Positions 8,708-17,209 of a stretch of DNA of 25,693 nucleotides are shown here, in pieces. How positions within the stretch are numbered: the stretch's first letter is position 1; every line of letters begins with the position of its first letter. The notes under the pieces were generated by a model. It was given only the letters and a program-made list of their open reading frames with translations, was not told where the DNA came from and did not search any database. The position numbers and the translations under genes are program-made. This DNA is from Bdellovibrionia bacterium. Lineage in GTDB: Bacteria; Bdellovibrionota; UBA1018. The DNA is taken from NCBI GenBank assembly GCA_045805065.1, contig JBJMMA010000252.1, forward strand, positions 1-25,693, in the 5' to 3' direction.

Positions 8708-9385
8708 TTAGTAGCAAGGGCTGGTCATGACCTTATCGGAAAGATAGTTTTCCATGTTGTAAGAGCCGCTGAAGTTAGCGAGCACTTCTCTGGAGCTTGG
8801 GTTGGTGATCTCAAGACTTGCGTAGCGATCGGTGCGGTTGCGAATGCCTTGGTAGTTTTGAGATCCGTAAACTGGATAAGACTCTTCGTAGCACTCCTGG
8901 TGATGTCCGCCGTGGCCACCATGGCCGTGACCATCGCGGTCATTGCCTCTCTCTGCGACTTCTCTGCAAACGAGACGGGTGCGATAGCCAAGAATGCAGG
9001 ACTCGCTTCCGGATTCTGGATTGCTTGTCGAGGTTTGCGTGATTTCGCCGGCGACGTCAAAAGCCTGCTTCGAAGCGCTTGCTGGAACCGAGAACTTTCC
9101 GAGTCTATCGGCAGCTGGTTCTGGCAAGAGCGCATCGATCGAAGAGAGTGCGTTTGGATGAATGGACATCATCGTGCCTTGAGCTGCCATATGAAGAACG
9201 GTGTCGTAGTCCTTTCCGGCTTCCAAGGTCTTTGTCTTTCCATCCTTATCAGTCACGTTGAAGGCGGTCTTCACGTACAGGTGGCCACCGATATCGTTTC
9301 TGCTCTCGGTGAGCACGCATCCGCTCATTCCCGCAGCCACCGTGATCAAGCAAGCCAAAGATAAAACTGAAGTATTCGATTTCAT
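8708..9385 (-). CDS. Hypothetical lipoprotein with His/Gly-rich loop
   Basis: MKSNTSVLSLACLITVAAGMSG-C lipobox-like signal; GGGGA SD before ATG 9385; GHGHGGHGGHH; four further Cys in the mature chain. Confidence 0.7.
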   Translation of the reverse strand: MKSNTSVLSLACLITVAAGMSGCVLTESRNDIGGHLYVKTAFNVTDKDGKTKTLEAGKDYDTVLHMAAQGTMMSIHPNALSSIDALLPEPAADRLGKFSVPASASKQAFDVAGEITQTSTSNPESGSESCILGYRTRLVCREVAERGNDRDGHGHGGHGGHHQECYEESYPVYGSQNYQGIRNRTDRYASLEITNPSSREVLANFSGSYNMENYLSDKVMTSPCY

Positions 9386-9468
9386 TAAAAATCCCCTAAA
9401 ATTTTTCACTGAGTTCCCCAAAGCACGGGTCGAATTGACCCGGTACTTTTCAATCGGGATGAGCGAAC

Positions 9469-9484
9469 AGCAATAGCTGTGCCG
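9469..9484 (-). promoter_or_regulatory. Candidate sigma54 promoter of the lipoprotein gene
   Basis: Minus strand CGGCACAGCTATTGCT, close to the consensus TGGCACG-N4-TTGCW. Confidence 0.65.
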
Positions 9485-9646
9485 CGAAAAACGGGGGTTT
9501 TTGGACCTATAACGACACCAAAACGGTCAAAGTGACACTGACTTCAGGATGCGTGAGAGTGAGTGGGAGGAGGATGGGAAGAAAAGTGAGACTTTTTGAC
9601 CCATTTCCCAGACCACCTAAGCTTATGAAATCAAAAAGCTTATTTT

Positions 9647-9666
9647 TGTGACAAAGCTGTGACAAA
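9647..9666 (+). promoter_or_regulatory. OmpR/PhoB-type direct repeat (HemR-box-like, TGACA-N6-TGACA)
   Basis: TGTGACAAA-gc-TGTGACAAA with 11-bp period, ending 35 nt before the hemA ATG. Confidence 0.75.
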
Positions 9667-9701
9667 TCACCGGCCAAAATGCCTTAAGCTGGTATCACAC
9701 T

Positions 9702-10685
9702 ATGTCGCTGAATTCTTTGTGCGTCATACATCGCCACAAAGCCCAGAAGTTCAATGGGCCTTTGGCTTCGTCGCTCCCTTCTCCAGATGCGGTTTCGCTG
9801 TCTGGCGCTTTCTATTTGGACACCTGCCAGCGCACACTTTGGGTGACGGTGAAGGAAGAATTTGAGCGCGTTTGTGAAACGATTGATTGGACCGGTTACG
9901 AAATTCTCACTGGAGTTGCGGCTTATAGCTTTCTGCTTCGGGTAGCGACCGGTCTTGAGAGCCAAGTCGTTGGCGAAACCGATGTTTTTGGCCAGCTCAA
10001 AGAAGCCTGGCGCAAAGCAGGTTTAGAGCTCAACGAGAACGTCGATTTCTACATTCAGAAAACTTTCGAAGACACGAAAGAGATCCGCTCTCGCTATCTT
10101 CAGCACTTAGGCGGCGTTTCTTACGGAACGCTGGTTCGCAAATTTCTTCAAACCAAGAAGAACGCAGATCCTACACTTTTGGTTGGCGCAGGTCAGCTGG
10201 CTCAATCGGTTGGACCGTTCCTGCTTGAGCAGGAAATCTGGATCATGAACCGAAGCACCGACAAAGCTCATGCTCTGGCTGAAGAACTCAAGCGTGAGTA
10301 CTCCGCGCGCGTTCGCGTTTTAGAGACCGCTGAAGAACAAGCCTTGGGCTGGAGAGTCGCATCTCAAGCCGTGATTTGTGTTCCCGTGGACGAAGCAATG
10401 GATCCAGCTCGTCTTGAGATCTGGAGAGAAGGAAACCAGGCTGCGGGCAAGGCTCGCACACTTCTTCACCTGGGTGCTCAAAAGAACCAAAGCGGTCCAT
10501 GGCAAACGCTTGAGGGCGCTTCCTACCTGGACGACATTTTCGAATTACAAAAAGCGCAAGGAGAAGTGCGCTCGCTTCAGATTGGGCTCGCTCTGCGTGC
10601 TTGCGACGAGCGGGCAAAACTTCGCGCGCTTGGAAACTCAGTCAGCATTCACCACGGATGGGAAGATCTGGCTGTTTTCGCGTAA
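9702..10685 (+). CDS. hemA: Glutamyl-tRNA reductase, short form
   Basis: Catalytic DTCQR (TCNR-like), LLRVATGLESQVVGETDVFGQLK, NADPH-binding LLVGAGQLA, IMNRS; first gene of the hem operon. Confidence 0.88.
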   Translation: MSLNSLCVIHRHKAQKFNGPLASSLPSPDAVSLSGAFYLDTCQRTLWVTVKEEFERVCETIDWTGYEILTGVAAYSFLLRVATGLESQVVGETDVFGQLKEAWRKAGLELNENVDFYIQKTFEDTKEIRSRYLQHLGGVSYGTLVRKFLQTKKNADPTLLVGAGQLAQSVGPFLLEQEIWIMNRSTDKAHALAEELKREYSARVRVLETAEEQALGWRVASQAVICVPVDEAMDPARLEIWREGNQAAGKARTLLHLGAQKNQSGPWQTLEGASYLDDIFELQKAQGEVRSLQIGLALRACDERAKLRALGNSVSIHHGWEDLAVFA

Positions 10686-10707
10686 GCGTTGCTGTTATTG
10701 AAGCATC

Positions 10708-12258
10708 ATGAACTCTTTGAAATTAGGAACCCGTAAGTCGCTTCTTGCGTGGGCGCAAAGCAGCTGGGTCGCTCGCGAAATCGAGCGCCTCAATCCCGGC
10801 GCCACGGTCGAGCTTGTGGGAATTGAAACTCGCGGCGACAGGATTCAAAACGTCTCGCTTCAACAGGTCGCGGGTAAAGAGTTCTTCGTTGCTGAGCTCG
10901 ATGATGCCTTGAGCGAAGGCCGAGTGGATCTCACCGTTCACTCGATGAAGGATCTTAGCCTGGATCGTCCGGAGCAGTTTATCCTGGGCGCAACTCCTCG
11001 CCGTGAAAATCCTCGCGACGTCGTGTTGTTCGGGCCTGGCGTGATGGAAAAGCTTGCCGCGGGAAAAACCCTTCGCATCGGCACTTCATCGCCTCGCCGT
11101 ATTGAAAACATTCCTCCGTTTTTGCGCAAAGCCTTGCCTCACCTCGGTGGCCACTCGCCATCCGTTGATCTGGTTGAGATTCGCGGAAACGTGAACACGC
11201 GCTTGAGCCGCGTTCATGAGCCAGCGGGTTCTGAGCGCCACTTGGACGCAGTCGTTCTTGCGTTTGCAGGGCTGATTCGTCTTTGGAACGATACCCAGGG
11301 ACGTGCTGAGCTTTCGAAGCTTTTGCAGGGAGTGCGCTGGATGGTTTTGCCGCTGCGTGAGTGTCCTGCGGCTCCGGCGCAAGGCGCTCTGGCCGTTGAG
11401 TGCCGCCGCGATGATCAGCGCGTGCGCTCGATGCTCACCAAGCTTCATGATGAGCCAAGTGCCAAGAGCGCTGCCATGGAGCGACAGCTTCTGGCTGACT
11501 GGGGCGGTGGGTGCCATCAACGCTTTGGTGCAACGGCTGTTCACTCGGACAAACTTGGCAGCATGATGTGGGTTCGTGGCGTAAAACCCGATAACGCTTT
11601 TGTTGAAGAGTTTCGTTGGAAGAATCCTGCTCCTGCAAGCAATGCTTCAACGAGCGAAGTTTGGGATGGGTCGCAATGGCGCGCTGAGGCTGAGAAATCA
11701 GATTCTGATATTTCCTGGAGCGCCGATCTTTCCAGTCAATGCGTTTTCATTTCGCATGCGAGAGCTGTTCGAGGCGATCACGCTCGGTCTCTTAAAAGTG
11801 CACGTGTCTGGACCTCTGGCACTTCCAGCTGGTTCAAGCTTGCTGCTCAAGGCGTTTGGGTTGAAGGCTGCGCAGAGTTGATGGGATATGAAGCGCTGAA
11901 GCCCACCTTGGGCGAAGCTGTCCTGCAGCTTGCGCCTTTGAACGCGTGGACAGTGCTGACGCACGAGTCAGCTCGCGGGGACTGGGCTCAAGGCCAAGTC
12001 ATCGCAACTTACAAAGTGAGCGCACGTTATTCTCAAGAAGCAAAAGACGCGCTTGCACGTGCCAAATATGTGTTTTGGAGCAGTGGCTCCCAGTTTGATG
12101 AGCTTCATTCGCTCGCGCCAGCCGGCGCTCAACAAGCGTGTGGACTTGGAAAAACTGCCGATCGACTTTTGACTCAAGCAAAGACTGCGGGAGTCCAGGT
12201 GTTTCCTTCAGTAGAGGAGTGGAGAAAATGGGTAACAAACAAGGCCAGCTCTCACTAA
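10708..12258 (+). CDS. hemC: Hydroxymethylbilane synthase with ~200-aa C-terminal extension (probable HemC-HemD fusion)
   Basis: LGTRKSLLAWAQ, VHSMKDL, GTSSPRR, IRGNVNTRL, PAPAQGALAVE, GGGCH; extension contains VFWSSGSQF and ACGLGKTA. Confidence 0.9.
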   Translation: MNSLKLGTRKSLLAWAQSSWVAREIERLNPGATVELVGIETRGDRIQNVSLQQVAGKEFFVAELDDALSEGRVDLTVHSMKDLSLDRPEQFILGATPRRENPRDVVLFGPGVMEKLAAGKTLRIGTSSPRRIENIPPFLRKALPHLGGHSPSVDLVEIRGNVNTRLSRVHEPAGSERHLDAVVLAFAGLIRLWNDTQGRAELSKLLQGVRWMVLPLRECPAAPAQGALAVECRRDDQRVRSMLTKLHDEPSAKSAAMERQLLADWGGGCHQRFGATAVHSDKLGSMMWVRGVKPDNAFVEEFRWKNPAPASNASTSEVWDGSQWRAEAEKSDSDISWSADLSSQCVFISHARAVRGDHARSLKSARVWTSGTSSWFKLAAQGVWVEGCAELMGYEALKPTLGEAVLQLAPLNAWTVLTHESARGDWAQGQVIATYKVSARYSQEAKDALARAKYVFWSSGSQFDELHSLAPAGAQQACGLGKTADRLLTQAKTAGVQVFPSVEEWRKWVTNKASSH

Positions 12259-13223
12259 GAAGACTGAGACAAAATCCAATGATCCGTGATCTCGTGCGCG
12301 AGCATCGCGTATCGGTGGATCAGTTGATTCAGCCTTACTTCGTAGTGGACGGGATTTCTGCGCGTGAGCCGATTCCAGGAATCACTGGAACCTGGCGTGA
12401 TACTCCTGCGTCCCTTCTCAAGCAGATCGAATCTGATCTTGAGGCAGGCGTGAGCAAGATTCTTCTCTTTGGCGTCCCGTCTGAGAAGAAGCTCGATAGC
12501 TTTAATTACTCATTTACGACGAAACAAATTGCTGCGATCAAAAAGCAATTTGGCAACGATGTCTTCGTGTCCGTCGATGTCTGCCTTTGCTCATCCACGA
12601 CTCATGGCCAATGCGGGATCTTGAATCCTGAGGGCGATCATATTGTGAATAGCGCAACGGTTGCTGAGCTTGCCCGCGCGGCAACTGAGTATGCTCAAGC
12701 CGGCGCAGATTGCGTGGCTCCAAGCGATATGATGGATGGCCGAATTGGCGCAATCCGCGCGTCTCTGGATCAAGCAGGTCTTGAGCGCACGCTTCTCATG
12801 AGCTATTCCGCAAAATTTCATTCGAAATTCTATGGCCCATTCCGTGTGGCAGCAGACTCTGCTCCTAAGGGTGGCACGTGCCTGAAGGATCGCGCGACTT
12901 ATCAGATCGATCCAGGCTCGCCTCGTGATGCTCTCGCGAGCTCGCTTCGCGACGCCGAAGAAGGCGCAGACATTCTGATGGTCAAGCCAGGCTTGCCCTA
13001 TTTGGACGTGCTTGCCGATCTCTCACGCCAGATTCCAAAGCCTTGGGCAGTTTATGAAGTGAGCGGAGAGTTTGCAGCCATTGAGCTGATGGCAGCCCAA
13101 GGTCTTGTGAATGGACCTGCAGCCCATGTCGAGTCTTGGACCGCATTTGTTCGCGCAGGCGCCTCGATGATCATTACTTACGGCGCACGTAACGCCAAAC
13201 TTTGGTTGGAGCAGAACTCATGA
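12228..13223 (+). CDS. hemB: Porphobilinogen synthase (ALA dehydratase), Zn-type
   Basis: DVCLCSSTTHGQCG, APSDMMDGRI, SKFYGPFR, LMVKPG. ATG 12228 follows GAGGAGTGGAG. Confidence 0.95.
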   Translation: MGNKQGQLSLRRLRQNPMIRDLVREHRVSVDQLIQPYFVVDGISAREPIPGITGTWRDTPASLLKQIESDLEAGVSKILLFGVPSEKKLDSFNYSFTTKQIAAIKKQFGNDVFVSVDVCLCSSTTHGQCGILNPEGDHIVNSATVAELARAATEYAQAGADCVAPSDMMDGRIGAIRASLDQAGLERTLLMSYSAKFHSKFYGPFRVAADSAPKGGTCLKDRATYQIDPGSPRDALASSLRDAEEGADILMVKPGLPYLDVLADLSRQIPKPWAVYEVSGEFAAIELMAAQGLVNGPAAHVESWTAFVRAGASMIITYGARNAKLWLEQNS

Positions 13224-14503
13224 GTGAATCAGAAATCTTATTTGAAAGAGCAAAGAAAGTTTCCCCAGGCGGCGTGCATTCGCCTGTTCGTGGATTTCGT
13301 GGAGTGGGGGGAACGCCTCGCTTTATTCAAGCTGCCAAGGGCGCTGAGCTCATCGATGTGGATGGAAAGCATTACCTCGATTTCTGCATGTCCTGGGGCC
13401 CGATGATTTTTGGCCACCAAGACCCAGAAGTCCGCGAAGCAGTCGATCAGGCTCTTTCGCGCGGCTGGTCCTATGGCGCTGCTGAGCCTTACTCCCTTGA
13501 GCTTGCTGAGCTTATGACAAGCTCGATGCACTGGCTTCAAAAGGTTCGCTTTGTGAACTCAGGCACCGAAGCCACCATGGCTGCTGCTCGCGTGGCACGT
13601 GGTGCGACTGGACGTCATAAGATTTTGAAATTTGATGGCACCTATCACGGACATGCCGATCCATTCCTGGTTCGCGCAGGTTCTGGCTTGGCTGAGATGG
13701 CATCTCCTGATAGCGCAGGCGTTCCACAAGCCTTGGCTGATGCAACGATTGTGGTGCCGCTGGACAATCTTCAAGCCGTTGAGAAGGCTTTTGAGCTTCA
13801 CGGAAAAGATATCGCTGCGGTCATGATCGAAGCAGTGCCAGCCAACAACGGCCTTCTTCTTCAAAAAGAGGGCTTTAACCGCCGCGTGATGGAAATCGCG
13901 AAAAAGCACGGCGCCCTTGTCATTTATGACGAAGTCATCACGGGCTTCCGCGTGGGCTTTGGCGGTATGGCTGAGCGCGAAGGCGTGACGCCTGATCTGG
14001 TCTGCTACGGCAAGATCATTGGCGGTGGCTTCCCGGTCGGTGCTTACGGTGGACGCGCGGATCTTATGGATCTCGTGGCTCCAGCAGGCCCTGTTTACCA
14101 GGCAGGAACTTTGAGCGCGAACCCTGTCGCCATGAGCGCAGGGCTTGCGATGCTCAAGAAGCTCAAGCGCGACAATCCTTATCCAAAGCTTGAAGCTCGC
14201 ACCACAGCCCTTGCTGAGCAGATGGAAAAACTTGCTCAGCAGGCAGGTGCAAACGTAAAAGTGCAGCGTTTTGCTTCCATGTTCTGGGCGGTATTGGGCG
14301 AAGTGAAAACTTCGGACGGAATGGTCAGAACTCCTGAGCAGACTCCATCGACTCAAAAAGAGCGGTATGCCAAGGCATTCCACTCCATGCTCGCGGATGG
14401 CATCTATATGGCGCCAAGCGGATATGAAGTTTCATTCCTCTCAACTGCGCATACGGATGCGGATCTTGAGCGCTTTGTGAAAGCTTTCGAAAAAACTCTT
14501 TAA
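13220..14503 (+). CDS. hemL: Glutamate-1-semialdehyde 2,1-aminomutase
   Basis: PGGVHSPVR, FVNSGTEATM, DEVITGFR, GKIIGGGFPVG, QAGTLSANP; ATGA overlap with hemB. Confidence 0.96.
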   Translation: MSESEILFERAKKVSPGGVHSPVRGFRGVGGTPRFIQAAKGAELIDVDGKHYLDFCMSWGPMIFGHQDPEVREAVDQALSRGWSYGAAEPYSLELAELMTSSMHWLQKVRFVNSGTEATMAAARVARGATGRHKILKFDGTYHGHADPFLVRAGSGLAEMASPDSAGVPQALADATIVVPLDNLQAVEKAFELHGKDIAAVMIEAVPANNGLLLQKEGFNRRVMEIAKKHGALVIYDEVITGFRVGFGGMAEREGVTPDLVCYGKIIGGGFPVGAYGGRADLMDLVAPAGPVYQAGTLSANPVAMSAGLAMLKKLKRDNPYPKLEARTTALAEQMEKLAQQAGANVKVQRFASMFWAVLGEVKTSDGMVRTPEQTPSTQKERYAKAFHSMLADGIYMAPSGYEVSFLSTAHTDADLERFVKAFEKTL

Positions 14504-14512
14504 AAATATTTG

Positions 14513-15472
14513 ATGAAATCCAAGATAGCCTTCTCCAATCAAAGAATCGGTCTTTTGCTCACGGCGCATCTCGTGTGGCTTGGGCTGATCTGTACCTTGG
14601 GTGCATGGTGGGGGCGCCTTGTTTTAAGACAAGCAGGACGAATTGAAGAGCTTCAGGTTGCCGCAGGCCAGCCGGCAAGCGACGCAAGGGCTCAGTGGTT
14701 AAGAACGCAGGACATGGTTTATTGGGAATCGAGCACTTTCTTTGCTCTGATCCTTCTGAGTGCCGCCTTTATCTTCTGGATCTATTGGCGCGATATGAGA
14801 CGCGCTCGCAGCATCCAGGCTTTCTTCGCGTCTGTGACCCATGAGCTCAGGACTCCGCTGACAAGCATTCGCCTTCAGGCTGAGTCGATTGCCGAGAACT
14901 TTTCTGAGGACTCCTCGGAGCGCGAGCTCGTTGGGCGCCTCATGGAAGATACCACGCGCCTGGAAGCCCAAGTTGAGCGCACCCTTGAGCTTGCTCGAGT
15001 TGAGGGGGGCGGCCCGGTTTTCATGCAATCCTTGCAACTCAAGCCTTGGCTTGATCGCATGGTTCAGTCCTGGCGCGAAGTTTATGGGCAACGTCTCCTG
15101 ATTCAGACCGATGCCATTGAGGATGTCACAATCGAAGCTGATCCGACCTGCCTTCAGACCATTTTGAAAAACCTTCTTGAGAACACGCTCAGACATTCCA
15201 AGAAAGAGCAGACCCAGGTGGTTTTCTCAACGATGAGCTCGCCTGTCAGAGTTCGCCTCTTTTATCAAGACAACGGCAAAGGTTATGAAGGGAACCCGAA
15301 AAACCTGGGGCAGCTTTTCTTTCGGGGCTCTTCCTCTCAAGGAACAGGTGTTGGTCTTTATCTGGTTCGCACGCTCATGAGAAAAATGCGCGGTGATGCG
15401 GATTTTTCTGAGAACGGAAAATCAGGCTTTCACGTCGGCTTGGAATTTATTCGGGAGACATCCAATGGTTGA
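14513..15472 (+). CDS. Two-component sensor histidine kinase (Leptospira HemK/Hklep-like by synteny)
   Basis: Two TM helices with a short periplasmic loop, H-box THELRTPLTSI, NLLEN, DNGKG, GTGVGLYLV. Confidence 0.92.
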   Translation: MKSKIAFSNQRIGLLLTAHLVWLGLICTLGAWWGRLVLRQAGRIEELQVAAGQPASDARAQWLRTQDMVYWESSTFFALILLSAAFIFWIYWRDMRRARSIQAFFASVTHELRTPLTSIRLQAESIAENFSEDSSERELVGRLMEDTTRLEAQVERTLELARVEGGGPVFMQSLQLKPWLDRMVQSWREVYGQRLLIQTDAIEDVTIEADPTCLQTILKNLLENTLRHSKKEQTQVVFSTMSSPVRVRLFYQDNGKGYEGNPKNLGQLFFRGSSSQGTGVGLYLVRTLMRKMRGDADFSENGKSGFHVGLEFIRETSNG

Positions 15473-16169
15473 AAAGATCAACTCCCGCATTCTGGTTTTA
15501 GAAGATGAAAGAAACGTCGGCCTGACCTTGGTCGAGCGCCTCAAAAAGGAAGGCTTTGATGTCGCTTGGGCAACAACGACTGCTGAAGCCTATCTTGAGA
15601 TGCAGAACCGCAAGTTTGATCTCGCGCTGATGGATGTTGGACTTCCGGATGGCTCGGGCTTTGACGTTGCGGCACGACTGAGAAAGCATCAGCCTGGAGC
15701 GGCCATTATTTTTCTAACCGCCATGGGAACTCCAGAAGACCGGATCCGGGGTCTTGAGCTTGGCGCGGAAGATTATGTCGTCAAGCCCTTTCATCTGAAG
15801 GAGCTTTTGCTTCGCGTTCGAAACGGACTGAAGCGCGCACGCTATCTCAATGCCGCGGCCGCTGACTCCGATGAGGCAGTTCAAATCGGACGCGCCCTGG
15901 TTCATTTCGGAAAATTTGAGGCTTCAGTGGCAGGTGAGTCCATTGCCCTGACGCATAAAGAGTGCGCACTCTTGCGTCTTTTGTTTGATCGTCGTGGCAA
16001 CGTCGTGAGCCGCGACGAGATTCTCAATCATGTCTGGTCTGAGGACGAGTTTCCAACGTCCCGGACGATCGATAATTTCGTAATGCGCCTGAGGCGCTTG
16101 GTGGAAGTGGATCCGGAAAATCCGCAAATTATCCGCAGCGTGCGCGGAGTGGGGTATCAGCTTTTATGA
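15465..16169 (+). CDS. OmpR/PhoB-family response regulator (HemR-like by synteny)
   Basis: LVLEDE, MDVGLPDGSG, FLTA, DYVVKPF; winged helix SRTIDNFVMRLR...SVRGVGY. ATG 15465 follows GGGAGA. Confidence 0.94.
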   Translation: MVEKINSRILVLEDERNVGLTLVERLKKEGFDVAWATTTAEAYLEMQNRKFDLALMDVGLPDGSGFDVAARLRKHQPGAAIIFLTAMGTPEDRIRGLELGAEDYVVKPFHLKELLLRVRNGLKRARYLNAAAADSDEAVQIGRALVHFGKFEASVAGESIALTHKECALLRLLFDRRGNVVSRDEILNHVWSEDEFPTSRTIDNFVMRLRRLVEVDPENPQIIRSVRGVGYQLL

Positions 16170-17209
16170 ATCTTTTTCAGGCAGCAATCCGTAGACAAAA
16201 CGAAGGCAGGCCTCCCGTATGGTTCATGCGCCAGGCAGGACGCTACCATTCGCATTATCAAAATCTGAAAAAGACCCACTCCTTCATGGATCTTTGCAAA
16301 AAGCCTGAGCTTGCTTGCGAAACGACAATGGGTCCGATCCGAGACTTCAATTTTGATGCGGCCATTTTGTTCTCAGATCTATTGTTCCCGCTCGAAGTCA
16401 TGGGAATGGGACTCGACTATGTTCCAGGGCCAAAGCTCGAGTGGCATCTGAAAAGCCCTGAAGATCTCAAGCGCATGGATAGCAGCGGCGCAACGCTTGC
16501 GCAAAAGCTTCAGTTTCAAGGCGACGCGATGAAGCTGATTCGCAAGGAGCTTGACCCATCTAAAGGACTTCTTGGATTTGTCGGTGGCCCTCTGACTCTG
16601 TTTTGTTACGCAGTCGATGGCAGTCACCAAGGCGGACTACGTGACTCCCGCGATGGGCTGAACGATGGTCGCTACGAAGGTTTCTGCGAAAGACTCTTTG
16701 ATCTTTTGGCTGAGAACATGGCACTTCAAGCGCGCGGTGGTTGCGACACGGTTGCAGTACTCGATACGTGCGCAGGCGAGTTTGATGCCGGCGTGTTTAA
16801 GAACAAAGTGGTGCCTGCGCTTCAAAAACTCTTTGATCGCTTCCAGAAGCTTTGCCCCAATGTGCCGATTGCTTACTATTCCAAGGGAACCGGCCCTGAG
16901 CATTGGAAGTCGCTTGTGGATCTTCCGATTGCTTATCTTGGCATTGATTGGAATCATGATATTTCCAAGGTGCTCACGGATTGGGGCTCTCGCTGGGCGA
17001 TTCAAGGCAATATTGATCCGGATTGGATGCTTCTCGATGGCCGTGAGCTTGAGCCAAAACTTCGTGAAGTCTTCTCACGCGTGAAAGCACTGCCAGCCAG
17101 CGCACGTCGCGGATGGGTTTGTGGTCTTGGGCACGGCATCTTGCAAAAGACGCCCGAGAGCAATGTTCGAATGTTTTTAAAGATTCAAAGGGAGATGTTT
17201 GGCCAATGA
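16166..17209 (+). CDS. hemE: Uroporphyrinogen decarboxylase
   Basis: PPVWFMRQAGRY, DAAILFSDL, LGFVGGP, IQGNIDP, GLGHGI. Confidence 0.96.
   Translation: MNLFQAAIRRQNEGRPPVWFMRQAGRYHSHYQNLKKTHSFMDLCKKPELACETTMGPIRDFNFDAAILFSDLLFPLEVMGMGLDYVPGPKLEWHLKSPEDLKRMDSSGATLAQKLQFQGDAMKLIRKELDPSKGLLGFVGGPLTLFCYAVDGSHQGGLRDSRDGLNDGRYEGFCERLFDLLAENMALQARGGCDTVAVLDTCAGEFDAGVFKNKVVPALQKLFDRFQKLCPNVPIAYYSKGTGPEHWKSLVDLPIAYLGIDWNHDISKVLTDWGSRWAIQGNIDPDWMLLDGRELEPKLREVFSRVKALPASARRGWVCGLGHGILQKTPESNVRMFLKIQREMFGQ

Noticed and set aside
9619..9646. AAGCTTAT repeat / possible Fur box upstream of hemA
   Set aside because: Poor match to GATAATGATAATCATTATC; explained by AT-rich promoter sequence.
13559..14383. 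274-aa antisense ORF in hemL and similar shadow ORFs in the RND and hem genes
   Set aside because: Fully overlap well-supported genes and have no recognisable domains.
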